Positions 28,913-37,344 of a stretch of DNA of 49,930 bases are shown piece after piece. The position numbers were made by a program, and so were the translations under genes. Position 1 is the first letter of the stretch. Every line of letters starts with the position of its first letter. The stretch comes from Candidatus Hodarchaeum mangrovi (GTDB lineage Archaea > Asgardarchaeota > Heimdallarchaeia > Hodarchaeales > Hodarchaeaceae): contig JAEOUE010000198.1 in assembly GCA_016839515.1 (NCBI GenBank), forward strand, positions 1 through 49,930, written 5' to 3'. The notes below the pieces were generated by a model. That model did not search any database, had not been told where the DNA came from, and saw only the letters and a program-made list of their open reading frames with translations.

Positions 28913-31300
28913 CTATACTCGTTGTATAATTTTTATGATACCTTGTCCCCCGTCAAGTCGGACCTTATCACCTGAATTTAGTCGTAATGTAGCATCACCA
29001 CATCCAACAACAGCGGGAATTCTTAATTCACGAGCAACTATGGCCGCATGAGCTAAAGGAGAGCCAACGTCAGTAATAATAGCCCCAGCTCGGCCAAATA
29101 AAGGAGTCCAACCGACATTTGTTGTTCGTGTAACTAAAATTTCGCCTAATTGAAACTTATCTCCCTCTTTTGGGTCACGAATGATCCTAACAACACCTTC
29201 AATTTTTCCACTTGATCCAGGAAGCCCAGTAATAATGTCAGGATCCTTCTCAACCTCTTTTCCAATGATAATATGAGAATCAAATAAATCTGATCTATGA
29301 TTTGGATCAGCGTTCCATTCAAAGGGATCAAACCTTCCATTTATAAGGGAGGGATAAGGTGGTAATGCTTCTAGTTTTTGATAAAATTCTTTACGAGAGT
29401 TCAGGTATTCTAAAGCACTTGTATCAGTACCTAGGAGAATTCCTAATAATTCCTCAATAGTTAGAAGAAAAATTTCAGATCCCAAGCCCGTAAGCTTCCC
29501 TGCTTGTATGTAAAAAAATCGAATCATCCATATAGAACGAGTTAGTTCAGACCGTATGTCTTCTCTAATATGCATTTCTTCCAAAAGAGTTTGAATTTTC
29601 TGTAAATAGTTTTTAACTTTTTTAGGTTTCACTTCCTCTTGAAGTTTCTTAGTAGCTTCCTCAAACTCTTGAATCCTGTTTTGGAGAATTTGATCATAAT
29701 TTAAAGGAGAATAATTCTTTAATTGTTTTTCAAGCCATTTGGGTTCTTCAGCTGGACGGGAGTATCTAAGATAATTTTCAAAAGGATCACGATGACCGTA
29801 TCGATCCAGATATTTGTCATGAGTCATTTTTCCTTCAAGAATTTCTCTTAAGCCAATTAAAGGTCCCAGAGATTCTAATTTTGTAATATCCTTGGGAATT
29901 CCTTGAATCAAAATATTTGAAAACTCTTTACCAACTATTTTTCCTAATTCAATGCTCAAATTATTATACGGATTGTAAAAAACTTCGTTTGCTACTTTTA
30001 TCATCCAAATAGCTTCATGGTAGAGGGGTTTAAGCTCATTCGTCCAAAGATGAGCTAATTCAGCTTTATCAGATTGTTCTTTGATTTTGGTTTTAATTTC
30101 TTGACAATTTCCCTTAAAATTCTCAAGGAACTCAGGTATCTTCTTCTTTAACCTTCTTACTTTAAGCTGCCATTTAAATTCATCAGGAATGATCTTTGTC
30201 AGAATAGTACCATATGAAACATGAAAAGTAGGTATTATAACTTCAGGGGGAATTACACCGAGAGCTTCACTAAATATATCTCGAATTCGGTCATCGCTAT
30301 ATCTAAATCTCTTCATCGCACTAACCATGACACTACCATTTGAATAGATTCTCCCAGCAATATTTGCATATAATTTATGGGGAAGAAACCATTCATGTTC
30401 CATCACTTCATTGTTGTAAATGTCCCAAAGAGACCATTCTGAGGGATAGAGGATTTCAGGAAGGATCTCACCAACACCAGCAAAAGCCCAGAAATAATCT
30501 CCCCTAAGACTCTCGTTCCAATAAGCAGTTTTGGGATCATACCCAAGTAAAGTTGTTATTGGTCGAGATTGGAGTATATAAACTTTACCTTGACTAACAG
30601 CCCATTCAATATCTTGAGGAGCACCTAAATCTTTTTCAACCTGTTTAGCTAAGGAATATAAGTGTTTAGCAAATGGTTTGAACTCTTCTGGCCCAGAAAA
30701 AGTTCCTTTTGGACGTTGAAATCGAAATTCTAATGCATCAGATTCACCAGAGACCAGTTGATCCCCCAAACCATGAACAAAACTTCCCGACATAGAATTT
30801 ATACTCCCTGTGATAGGATCAGCGGTAAATAGAACTCCTGAGACTTTTGCATGTATTAATTCTTGAATAATAACTGCTATTTCATGTTGAAAATCAATTC
30901 CTTTACGTTCGGAATAGCTTACCACACGTTCAGAACTTTTCGACTGGTATACTGTATGTATTGCATCATAAATCTGATTGTTTGTTTTAACACTTAAAAC
31001 AGTTTCAAATTGTCCTGCAAACGCTGCAGAGGCAGAATCTTCAGCTAAAGCAGAAGAACGAACAGCAAAGGAAATATGAGCATTTTTCGTACGAAATTCT
31101 TGTATAAGTAACTGAGCTTGAGTCCATGCCTCAGGTTGTAACTTATCAGCTTTAAAAGCAGTAGCTAGAATAACAAATCCGTTGGGAACAGGATAATTTC
31201 GTTGATATAAACGAGCAAGAGCACCTCCTTTTCCTCCAGCTAGAGTAAAGGTTTTTTCATTGAGATCTGCAAAAGAGATTACATATTTTATATCATTCAT
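28913..31300 (-). CDS. PEP-utilising phosphotransferase with rifampin-phosphotransferase/PigC-like architecture
   Basis: N-terminal ATP-grasp (GGKG, VRSSA..ED, FAGQFET, DIEWA, LQSRPIT), central helical domain, C-terminal phospho-His swivel (HAAIVARE). Confidence 0.88.
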   Translation of the reverse strand: MNDIKYVISFADLNEKTFTLAGGKGGALARLYQRNYPVPNGFVILATAFKADKLQPEAWTQAQLLIQEFRTKNAHISFAVRSSALAEDSASAAFAGQFETVLSVKTNNQIYDAIHTVYQSKSSERVVSYSERKGIDFQHEIAVIIQELIHAKVSGVLFTADPITGSINSMSGSFVHGLGDQLVSGESDALEFRFQRPKGTFSGPEEFKPFAKHLYSLAKQVEKDLGAPQDIEWAVSQGKVYILQSRPITTLLGYDPKTAYWNESLRGDYFWAFAGVGEILPEILYPSEWSLWDIYNNEVMEHEWFLPHKLYANIAGRIYSNGSVMVSAMKRFRYSDDRIRDIFSEALGVIPPEVIIPTFHVSYGTILTKIIPDEFKWQLKVRRLKKKIPEFLENFKGNCQEIKTKIKEQSDKAELAHLWTNELKPLYHEAIWMIKVANEVFYNPYNNLSIELGKIVGKEFSNILIQGIPKDITKLESLGPLIGLREILEGKMTHDKYLDRYGHRDPFENYLRYSRPAEEPKWLEKQLKNYSPLNYDQILQNRIQEFEEATKKLQEEVKPKKVKNYLQKIQTLLEEMHIREDIRSELTRSIWMIRFFYIQAGKLTGLGSEIFLLTIEELLGILLGTDTSALEYLNSRKEFYQKLEALPPYPSLINGRFDPFEWNADPNHRSDLFDSHIIIGKEVEKDPDIITGLPGSSGKIEGVVRIIRDPKEGDKFQLGEILVTRTTNVGWTPLFGRAGAIITDVGSPLAHAAIVARELRIPAVVGCGDATLRLNSGDKVRLDGGQGIIKIIQRV

Positions 31301-31422
31301 CTATAAATCCCTATCTCTATAATTCTCATATTAATGCGATAATTTTCATAGAATTGCAATTTAATTCATTTACCTGCAAAAACTATTTAAATAATTTATG
31401 ATGATGAATAAATAAATAATTT

Positions 31423-31980
31423 TTGACTTCAAGGATGGGTAAATTAATTTCGACTGCTAATCTTTCAGATAATTCACTTACGGACCCCGAAAAGAGATTT
31501 ATAGAGTTTTTGGGCCATGCTTTTGAAATACGACGATCCTATAATTTTGGCCGTATTTTTGCATTATTAATTCTTAGAGCAGATACTCAGGAAAAAGGAT
31601 TAGACCAACAACAAATTTTAGAGAAAATTAATTCGAATTTTAGTAAAAATAAAATATCAATAAGTACTGTAAGCCGTGTCCTTAAATCTTTGGAGTTATC
31701 TAATTATTGTGAGAGTATACCAACAGAAAATCGCCGTCGAAAATACTTTACAACATCTAGTTTTAAAGAATTAACACTTATGCGTCTTTCCCAAAATTTT
31801 ATTGAATGGAAGAAATTTACAGAAGATCTGAATTTAATAAAAACTAGTATTTCACCTAAAGACACAAATAGTGCGTCTATGCTCACATTAGTTGGAACTA
31901 TTCACTTAATTTACCAAATTATTGTTGAGGATTATGAAAAACTTCTGAAATCAGTTTCAGAGCGGATTCAAAATCTTTAG
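31423..31980 (+). CDS. Winged-helix regulator (GbsR/MarR-like)
   Basis: GRIFALL...SISTVSRVLKSL...RRRKYF; divergent from the phosphotransferase. Confidence 0.7.
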   Translation: MTSRMGKLISTANLSDNSLTDPEKRFIEFLGHAFEIRRSYNFGRIFALLILRADTQEKGLDQQQILEKINSNFSKNKISISTVSRVLKSLELSNYCESIPTENRRRKYFTTSSFKELTLMRLSQNFIEWKKFTEDLNLIKTSISPKDTNSASMLTLVGTIHLIYQIIVEDYEKLLKSVSERIQNL

Positions 31981-32064
31981 AAGTGTCATCTTTTGGATTA
32001 AAATAATACATAGGACTATTAACAAAACATATAAAAAAGAAATTCCTTCCCCTTTAAACATATC

Positions 32065-32571
32065 CTATTCTATAGATACCTTCTTTACATCAGGAGGAGG
32101 AGGAATCTTTGATTTGACAAATATTTCTAGAATACCGTTATTAAATTTAGCTTTTACTGAATCAGATTCTATTTCAGTTTCGAAATCTATTTTCTGCTTG
32201 TACATGTGTTCTTTTGAAGTAGTTTCTAGATTTATATATTTCTTCGTTGTTGTTAACTCGATTTCTCCCTTTTTTACACCAGGGAGTTCAGTAATGATCT
32301 TCCAAGTTTTAGTGTTTTCGTCATATATCTTTTCAGTTGAAGGTACTCGCCAACCTTCTTGGAGCATTTTTCCTGTAGTTGGGTCAACATTTCCAAAGTA
32401 TCGGAATACAGGTTTTTCCAGGGAATTGTCCCAATACATCTTGAAACCCCAAGTTCGTGCTTGGTCAGGATTTTTGGAAAGCTCATTTACTGATTGCTTG
32501 AACATCTTTTCAAAATCTCGATTTAATTCTTCAAAAATACGATCCCAATCTTTCCAGAATCGTTCGAACAT
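32065..32571 (-). CDS. Small heat shock protein (archaeal Hsp20)
   Basis: WGF...KP.FR.FGNV archaeal N-terminal pattern; alpha-crystallin ELPGVKK and AKFNNGILEI; C-terminal V-S-I. Confidence 0.92.
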   Translation of the reverse strand: MFERFWKDWDRIFEELNRDFEKMFKQSVNELSKNPDQARTWGFKMYWDNSLEKPVFRYFGNVDPTTGKMLQEGWRVPSTEKIYDENTKTWKIITELPGVKKGEIELTTTKKYINLETTSKEHMYKQKIDFETEIESDSVKAKFNNGILEIFVKSKIPPPPDVKKVSIE

Positions 32572-32853
32572 AATTTTCCCTCTTTTATTTTTCTATTAAG
32601 TATTAATAGACCTTTTATTTTTGATTAAGGTCAAGTAATAGTTTTTAAAATAAAATTTATATATTTAATGTTCACATTTTTAAAAAATTTTTCCTTTTTT
32701 CAGATATTTCTATTTTATTTTCTTCTAGAGAATATAAATAACTGGATATAAGGTCTAATAAACTTATAATTCGTAAAAAAATAGTTTAAAGGCTTTAAAT
32801 AACCGAAAAATTAATAAAAAAAAGTTTCCTCTCTTCCCAATTTGCTAAAAAGT

Positions 32854-33027
32854 TTAAATGTCCATGTAATTTTCTATTTTTCGCTTTATTGCAACTAATT
32901 GATTGTCGCTATAAGCTGTTATTTGATGTTTCTGCAATCCATGAGCTTTTACTTTATTAAGAACTTCATTTGTTGTTGGTGCGATGATATGTCGTCCACA
33001 CATATTACATTGATATGATTTTCCCAT
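32854..33027 (-). CDS. Small metal-binding protein (DUF1059-like, C2H2), 57 aa, not in the ORF track
   Basis: MGKSYQCNMCGRHIIAPTTNEVLNKVKAHGLQKHQITAYSDNQLVAIKRKIENYMDI; CxxC...EVL..V..H....H. Confidence 0.7.
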   Translation of the reverse strand: MGKSYQCNMCGRHIIAPTTNEVLNKVKAHGLQKHQITAYSDNQLVAIKRKIENYMDI

Positions 33028-33040
33028 TTGATTTTCCCAT
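33016..33040. repeat. 12-bp direct repeat TGATTTTCCCAT x2 duplicating the start of the small ORF
   Basis: Copies at 33016-33027 and 33029-33040. Confidence 0.85.
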
Positions 33041-33611
33041 CTTTTGGAGATTAGTACTCCGATTAAAATCTTTTATTTCAAGTATAAAAATATTTCTAAG
33101 AGCTAAAATTCAAAATTTTAGACTTAAGGCAATATTTAAAGAATTGATCAATAATGACTTGAAATTTACATATAGGTAGGGGGGATAAGCAAACGGGTCA
33201 GGTATTCTGTTTCTCTTGAATGTTTTGGACCCATTATATCAATATATTTCTTTCACTAATTAGGATAATAATATTCCAAATTAATAATATTATTTATTAT
33301 TCCAGATGAAATTAATACAAATCCTGCCACGGGATTGGATGGCGTGTAAATAATACCAATAATCAGAATTATTTAAAATAGAAGTAGTCCAATTTTTGGA
33401 GAAATTAGGAATTTGAGTATATTATCACCCTCAAAATAGAATTTTAAATACAAAATAGGGTATTATTTATTGATGTTAATTTATTTTACCATCAAAAATT
33501 CAAGAGCTCAATAATTATCGGATACTATAAATTATCTGTAAAAACAGATTAATTCTTCATAAAATCTAATTATTTATCTTTTGAATAGTAATCTTATCAC
33601 ATTAAATCAGT

Positions 33612-34541
33612 TTATCTTAAATATTTTTGTCCCATCCTATCAATAAATTCCTGTCGCCAATCTGAATAATAATAACCTTCCCCTCCGGTAATAATCTCAC
33701 ATGAAATTACAGAAGGATCTTTTTTTAGTAATTCTTCTGTCCTTTGAATATTTTTTATGGAGGGACTATAAAATATAACAATCACCATAGGTTTATCAAT
33801 AACAATCCATCCAACCCATACATTAGGATAAGTCTGAAAGAGATTTTGGAAAAAAAACACTTTATTTGTATCTTTCATAATCGAGATAAAAGCTGTAAAA
33901 ATAATAAGATCTTCTGAAGATCCTGGAGAAAGAATTAAGGGAAAATAGATAATCCTTTCTTCTATTAACTTTGCAATTCGCTTTTTAAGGGTTCTTGTGG
34001 AAATTTGTGTTTTTTGGGAAAGGTCTTGATAGGTCATACGTCCATTATTACGAAGTATAGAAACTAGATAATAATCGATATTAGCAATCTTAGGAGGATT
34101 TATTAATGGGGAGGACATTAAAAGGAATATCTCAACCTTTTGAACAAAAGGAGCTGTTTTGACAAAGTTTTCAAGATAAACTATCTCTGAACTTGATCGA
34201 TACGTAAAAACTACAATTAATTGATTATTCAAACCAACTCCAACTAAAAAAACTAGAGGATTATTCCCAATAGTATCTATAACATCTTTAATTTCTTCTA
34301 CATCTGGTCCAATGCTTATTCGGGCCAATGCGGTTTCTTCTCCTAGACTTCCAGGAATTAATTCGCAAGAATAGCCACGAATTACTCCTTCCTGCTCCAT
34401 TGCTTGAATTCGGTTTTTTACTGCATTTAACGATAGCTTCATCTTTTTAGCAAGTGTACTTAAGGGAATTCTTGCATTTACATTAATTATTTTTATTATT
34501 TCTAAATCCTGAGCGTCGATTTTAAACACCAAAAAAGTCAA
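33612..34541 (-). CDS. Tandem Lrp/AsnC-family transcriptional regulator
   Basis: Two HTH-AsnC units (D..II..I..NARIPL..LA...V..RI..M...GVI; D...V..LR.NGRMT...LS...RI.KL). Confidence 0.88.
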   Translation of the reverse strand: MTFLVFKIDAQDLEIIKIINVNARIPLSTLAKKMKLSLNAVKNRIQAMEQEGVIRGYSCELIPGSLGEETALARISIGPDVEEIKDVIDTIGNNPLVFLVGVGLNNQLIVVFTYRSSSEIVYLENFVKTAPFVQKVEIFLLMSSPLINPPKIANIDYYLVSILRNNGRMTYQDLSQKTQISTRTLKKRIAKLIEERIIYFPLILSPGSSEDLIIFTAFISIMKDTNKVFFFQNLFQTYPNVWVGWIVIDKPMVIVIFYSPSIKNIQRTEELLKKDPSVISCEIITGGEGYYYSDWRQEFIDRMGQKYLR

Positions 34542-34732
34542 GGTAATTAAATAGTAGGATCATAGGAAATCCTTAAAGAATTTTTTCAAAAGTTGAACTT
34601 ACTACTGCAAAAAATGGAAGGAAATAATGATTATTTTACCGATTATGTTTATGATTCATCAAACAAACCTTTTATTTCTGATATTTCCTCTAATTAATTA
34701 GAGAAATTCAAATTTTTAAGGAAGGAAAAAAG

Positions 34733-34957
34733 ATGCAACAATCAATTACAAAAGAAAAAGCGATTGAACTTTGTGAAGTGGTACGGATGAGGAATAAAAG
34801 GAAACTTCTGAGTTTTGGTAAAATCCAATGTATTTTTTGCTGGAAATTTGGAACTAAAAAAGATAATCAGGGAGAAATTATCGTACACAATATTTGTGCT
34901 TTTAATGATGGATGCTATCAAGTAAGCAAACTTGATAAAGATCTTCAGAAGACCTAA
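34733..34957 (+). CDS. Small Cys-containing hypothetical protein
   Basis: 74 aa with CIFC and further Cys; purine-rich AAGGA upstream; divergent from the Lrp gene. Confidence 0.6.
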   Translation: MQQSITKEKAIELCEVVRMRNKRKLLSFGKIQCIFCWKFGTKKDNQGEIIVHNICAFNDGCYQVSKLDKDLQKT

Positions 34958-34972
34958 TAGAAAATTGTTTTA

Positions 34973-35446
34973 TTAGAATACAAAATCAATAATAAAGACT
35001 TCTTGTCCTCCTTGAACTCGGAGAATAACGGTTGCAGAGTTTTCTGAATAGAGTTCTTGATATTGAAGTTTTAAAGGAGTCAAATCAAAAATTTTTACTT
35101 CTGTAAACCAAGCTAGACAGGAGTCATTGTTAGAATTATGACTAAGGAGAATGTTAGTCTGAATAGGATAGGATTCCATATATTGTTCTGATCCAATTAG
35201 AAGTAACTCGTGTTTTTGACATCCACCACCATACGAAAAATTAATACTAAGATATTGATTACTAATCTTAAGATTATTGATGTAAATAGAATCTCGTGGG
35301 GCTTCTGCATATAAATTACAGTCTAAAATTATTTTTTCATTATTCAAAAATAGATATGGATTCGATATTACAAATAAAAAACCCAACATACTAGAACTTA
35401 CTAATAGAAGAAAAATTCCACCTAAAATTTTTAAAGAGATTGCCAT
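34973..35446 (-). CDS. Secreted/membrane-anchored hypothetical protein (NigD C-terminal-like)
   Basis: N-terminal hydrophobic segment; YGGGC..H, ESYP.Q, H..N.D.C.A, FDL..L. Confidence 0.6.
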   Translation of the reverse strand: MAISLKILGGIFLLLVSSSMLGFLFVISNPYLFLNNEKIILDCNLYAEAPRDSIYINNLKISNQYLSINFSYGGGCQKHELLLIGSEQYMESYPIQTNILLSHNSNNDSCLAWFTEVKIFDLTPLKLQYQELYSENSATVILRVQGGQEVFIIDFVF

Positions 35447-35569
35447 TTGTCATTACTCTAGAAATCTTTCACTAATTCTAAATTCATGTTGACAATTAAT
35501 AATTCATTTTGTGTGGAATATCACTCATTCTCCAGTTATAAGAAACACAAACTATATTTTTGAAAATTC

Positions 35570-35989
35570 TTAGCTAGACAAACGATAAATAATAACTAAT
35601 ATACCAAATCCTAATATTAACAATATAACTCCACCAATGGTTTTCACCCAGTCATCAAGTTGTCTTTTCATAAAATCTTGAGAGAACTGATTGGGATTAG
35701 GGGTTCGCATTCGCCCTGCTTGAATAGTTACAACTGTTCGTGCTTGTTGGTTTACGCAACCCGTGAAAACAATAACTAAGAAACCAATTAGGACACAAAC
35801 ACCACCTATTAGTCCCACAAAATCAGAGAGAAAGTTTCCAACTGAAAAAACAAGTTCATTATTTATAAGAAGCCATATATAAATCCCTAGACTAATCAAA
35901 AAGCAAATAAATATTAATTTCAGAAAAAACTGAAGTATATTGTACATATCTCTTTGCCAAGAGTATTTTGATAACTTTAATTCATCCAT
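35570..35989 (-). CDS. Three-TM hypothetical membrane protein
   Basis: Three hydrophobic segments in 139 aa. Confidence 0.6.
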   Translation of the reverse strand: MDELKLSKYSWQRDMYNILQFFLKLIFICFLISLGIYIWLLINNELVFSVGNFLSDFVGLIGGVCVLIGFLVIVFTGCVNQQARTVVTIQAGRMRTPNPNQFSQDFMKRQLDDWVKTIGGVILLILGFGILVIIYRLSS

Positions 35990-36270
35990 TAGAATCCCGA
36001 ACTAAGGATATTTAATATTGATTTACATGAAATTGAAAAGGATAATAAATTTTTAGAATAGAAATTAATAACCATTATTGTAAATTTCCTGAACGTATTA
36101 TATTTTTTCTTTTTTTAGATTTTATGGAAAAACTTAGTCTAAGATTTTAGTTAATATCCTTAGATCATCAAACTGTTGAAAAGGTAACGACTATCATCGA
36201 ATCCCATATCTAAAGATTAATAAGTTACAAATAAGCAATTCTCAAGTGGAATTATTAGGAGTTTTTATCA

Positions 36271-36372
36271 ATGCCACGACCTGTTAAAAGAATAGATACA
36301 GAAACAAAAGAAAATGCAACAGAAGATGCTGAAGAAAACACCGATACTGTCCCCATTTCTAAACATTATTGA
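36271..36372 (+). CDS. 33-aa acidic peptide heading the JAB-E1-E2-E2 cassette (candidate modifier/precursor), not in the ORF track
   Basis: AGGAG (36257-36261) 9 nt before ATG; MPRPVKRIDTETKENATEDAEENTDTVPISKHY; 45 bp upstream of the JAB gene, same strand. Confidence 0.7.
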   Translation: MPRPVKRIDTETKENATEDAEENTDTVPISKHY

Positions 36373-36417
36373 TTATATCTTCAAACTTTCTTTTTAATCG
36401 GTGAGGGCTGAATATTA

Positions 36418-37329
36418 TTGACTAACAATCATGAAACAATATCATATTCCCTCCAAATTCTTAAATCTGTTTTTAATGTAATGATTAATGAAGCAGAAAA
36501 TAGTAATGGTGTGGAAACTGGGGGAATGTTATTTGGACGAGTTGGAAAACAAAATAAGATTTCTGTATTAAAAACTGTTATCCCTCCCATTGAATTTTGT
36601 ACCAAAGAGAGATACTATTATGAAATCGAGCCTGAGTACGCGAAGAAAGTTGTTAAAAATGAACCTTTATTATATTTGGGGAATTGGCATAAACATTTAG
36701 GATTTGGTGGACCAAGTAGTGGTGATATAGGGGAGGTTGAAGAATTCTTTGAGAAGAATCCCCATTTAAACTTAATTATGACAACTATTCTTGATTATCG
36801 TTCAATCAATGACCATGAACTAATTATTGAAGTTTATGAACGGAGCACTAATTCTTTTCAACCTTTTTCAATTTATTGTATTGATTCAAATGATATTTCA
36901 ATTCTAGAGTCAATTACTTTTGACGAACAGGAGAACAAAGAAATAGGAATCTCAAAAAATAAGATTGAAAGGATAAAAAAAGAGCTAGCCATTGTTTATA
37001 AAGATCTATTCAGTATTTCAGACATCCATGAGTTTTCAGGTTCAACTCCTGGAGAAAAAATACTTTCATTTCCATATTATTTTAAGATAAATGGTATTTC
37101 GCTAAATTTATTGATTTTACTTTCAATTCCCCCTGAATATCCTGATGGACAACTCTTTATTGATATCTCTTCTCTCGATATGTCACGAAATTTCACCTTT
37201 GATAAACACCCAGCCTCGGTTATCGATGAGGAAGAACTAATCAATCCCTTTCTTTCATTATTAAAAACCACTTTAGAAGATGAAGTTCCTGAAATGTTAA
37301 AAAAACCATTATGGAAAATAATGCAATGA
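36418..37329 (+). CDS. JAB/MPN+ metalloprotease fused to a C-terminal E2/RWD-like domain
   Basis: ETGG and GNWHKH-x5-PS-x2-D JAMM motif; C-terminal LSIPPEYP motif; SD GGTGAGG at 36400-36406. Confidence 0.85.
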   Translation: MTNNHETISYSLQILKSVFNVMINEAENSNGVETGGMLFGRVGKQNKISVLKTVIPPIEFCTKERYYYEIEPEYAKKVVKNEPLLYLGNWHKHLGFGGPSSGDIGEVEEFFEKNPHLNLIMTTILDYRSINDHELIIEVYERSTNSFQPFSIYCIDSNDISILESITFDEQENKEIGISKNKIERIKKELAIVYKDLFSISDIHEFSGSTPGEKILSFPYYFKINGISLNLLILLSIPPEYPDGQLFIDISSLDMSRNFTFDKHPASVIDEEELINPFLSLLKTTLEDEVPEMLKKPLWKIMQ

Positions 37330-37344
37330 TTATGGGGCATCATT

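Noticed and set aside
28913-31300. Assigning ppsA or rph
   Set aside because: It lacks the C-terminal PEP-binding barrel of PpsA, and rifampin specificity cannot be read from sequence
32114-32599. 161-aa ORF antisense to hsp20
   Set aside because: Mirror of a well-supported gene with no motifs. The same applies to the other antisense or nested track ORFs (e.g. 7855-8169, 8455-8769, 13962-14315, 16361-16771, 37077-37343).
33175-33350. Relatively GC-rich patch with possible hairpins (GGGTC...GACCC; AATCC...GGATT) as ncRNA
   Set aside because: Stems are short and wobble-rich with no recognisable RNA family; could equally be an eroded gene
36002-36163. 11-bp inverted repeat CTAAGGATATT about 140 bp apart, upstream of the E1/E2 cassette (possible MITE)
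   Set aside because: No target-site duplication and no transposase; the same 11-mer also occurs at nt 1-11, so chance in AT-rich DNA cannot be excluded
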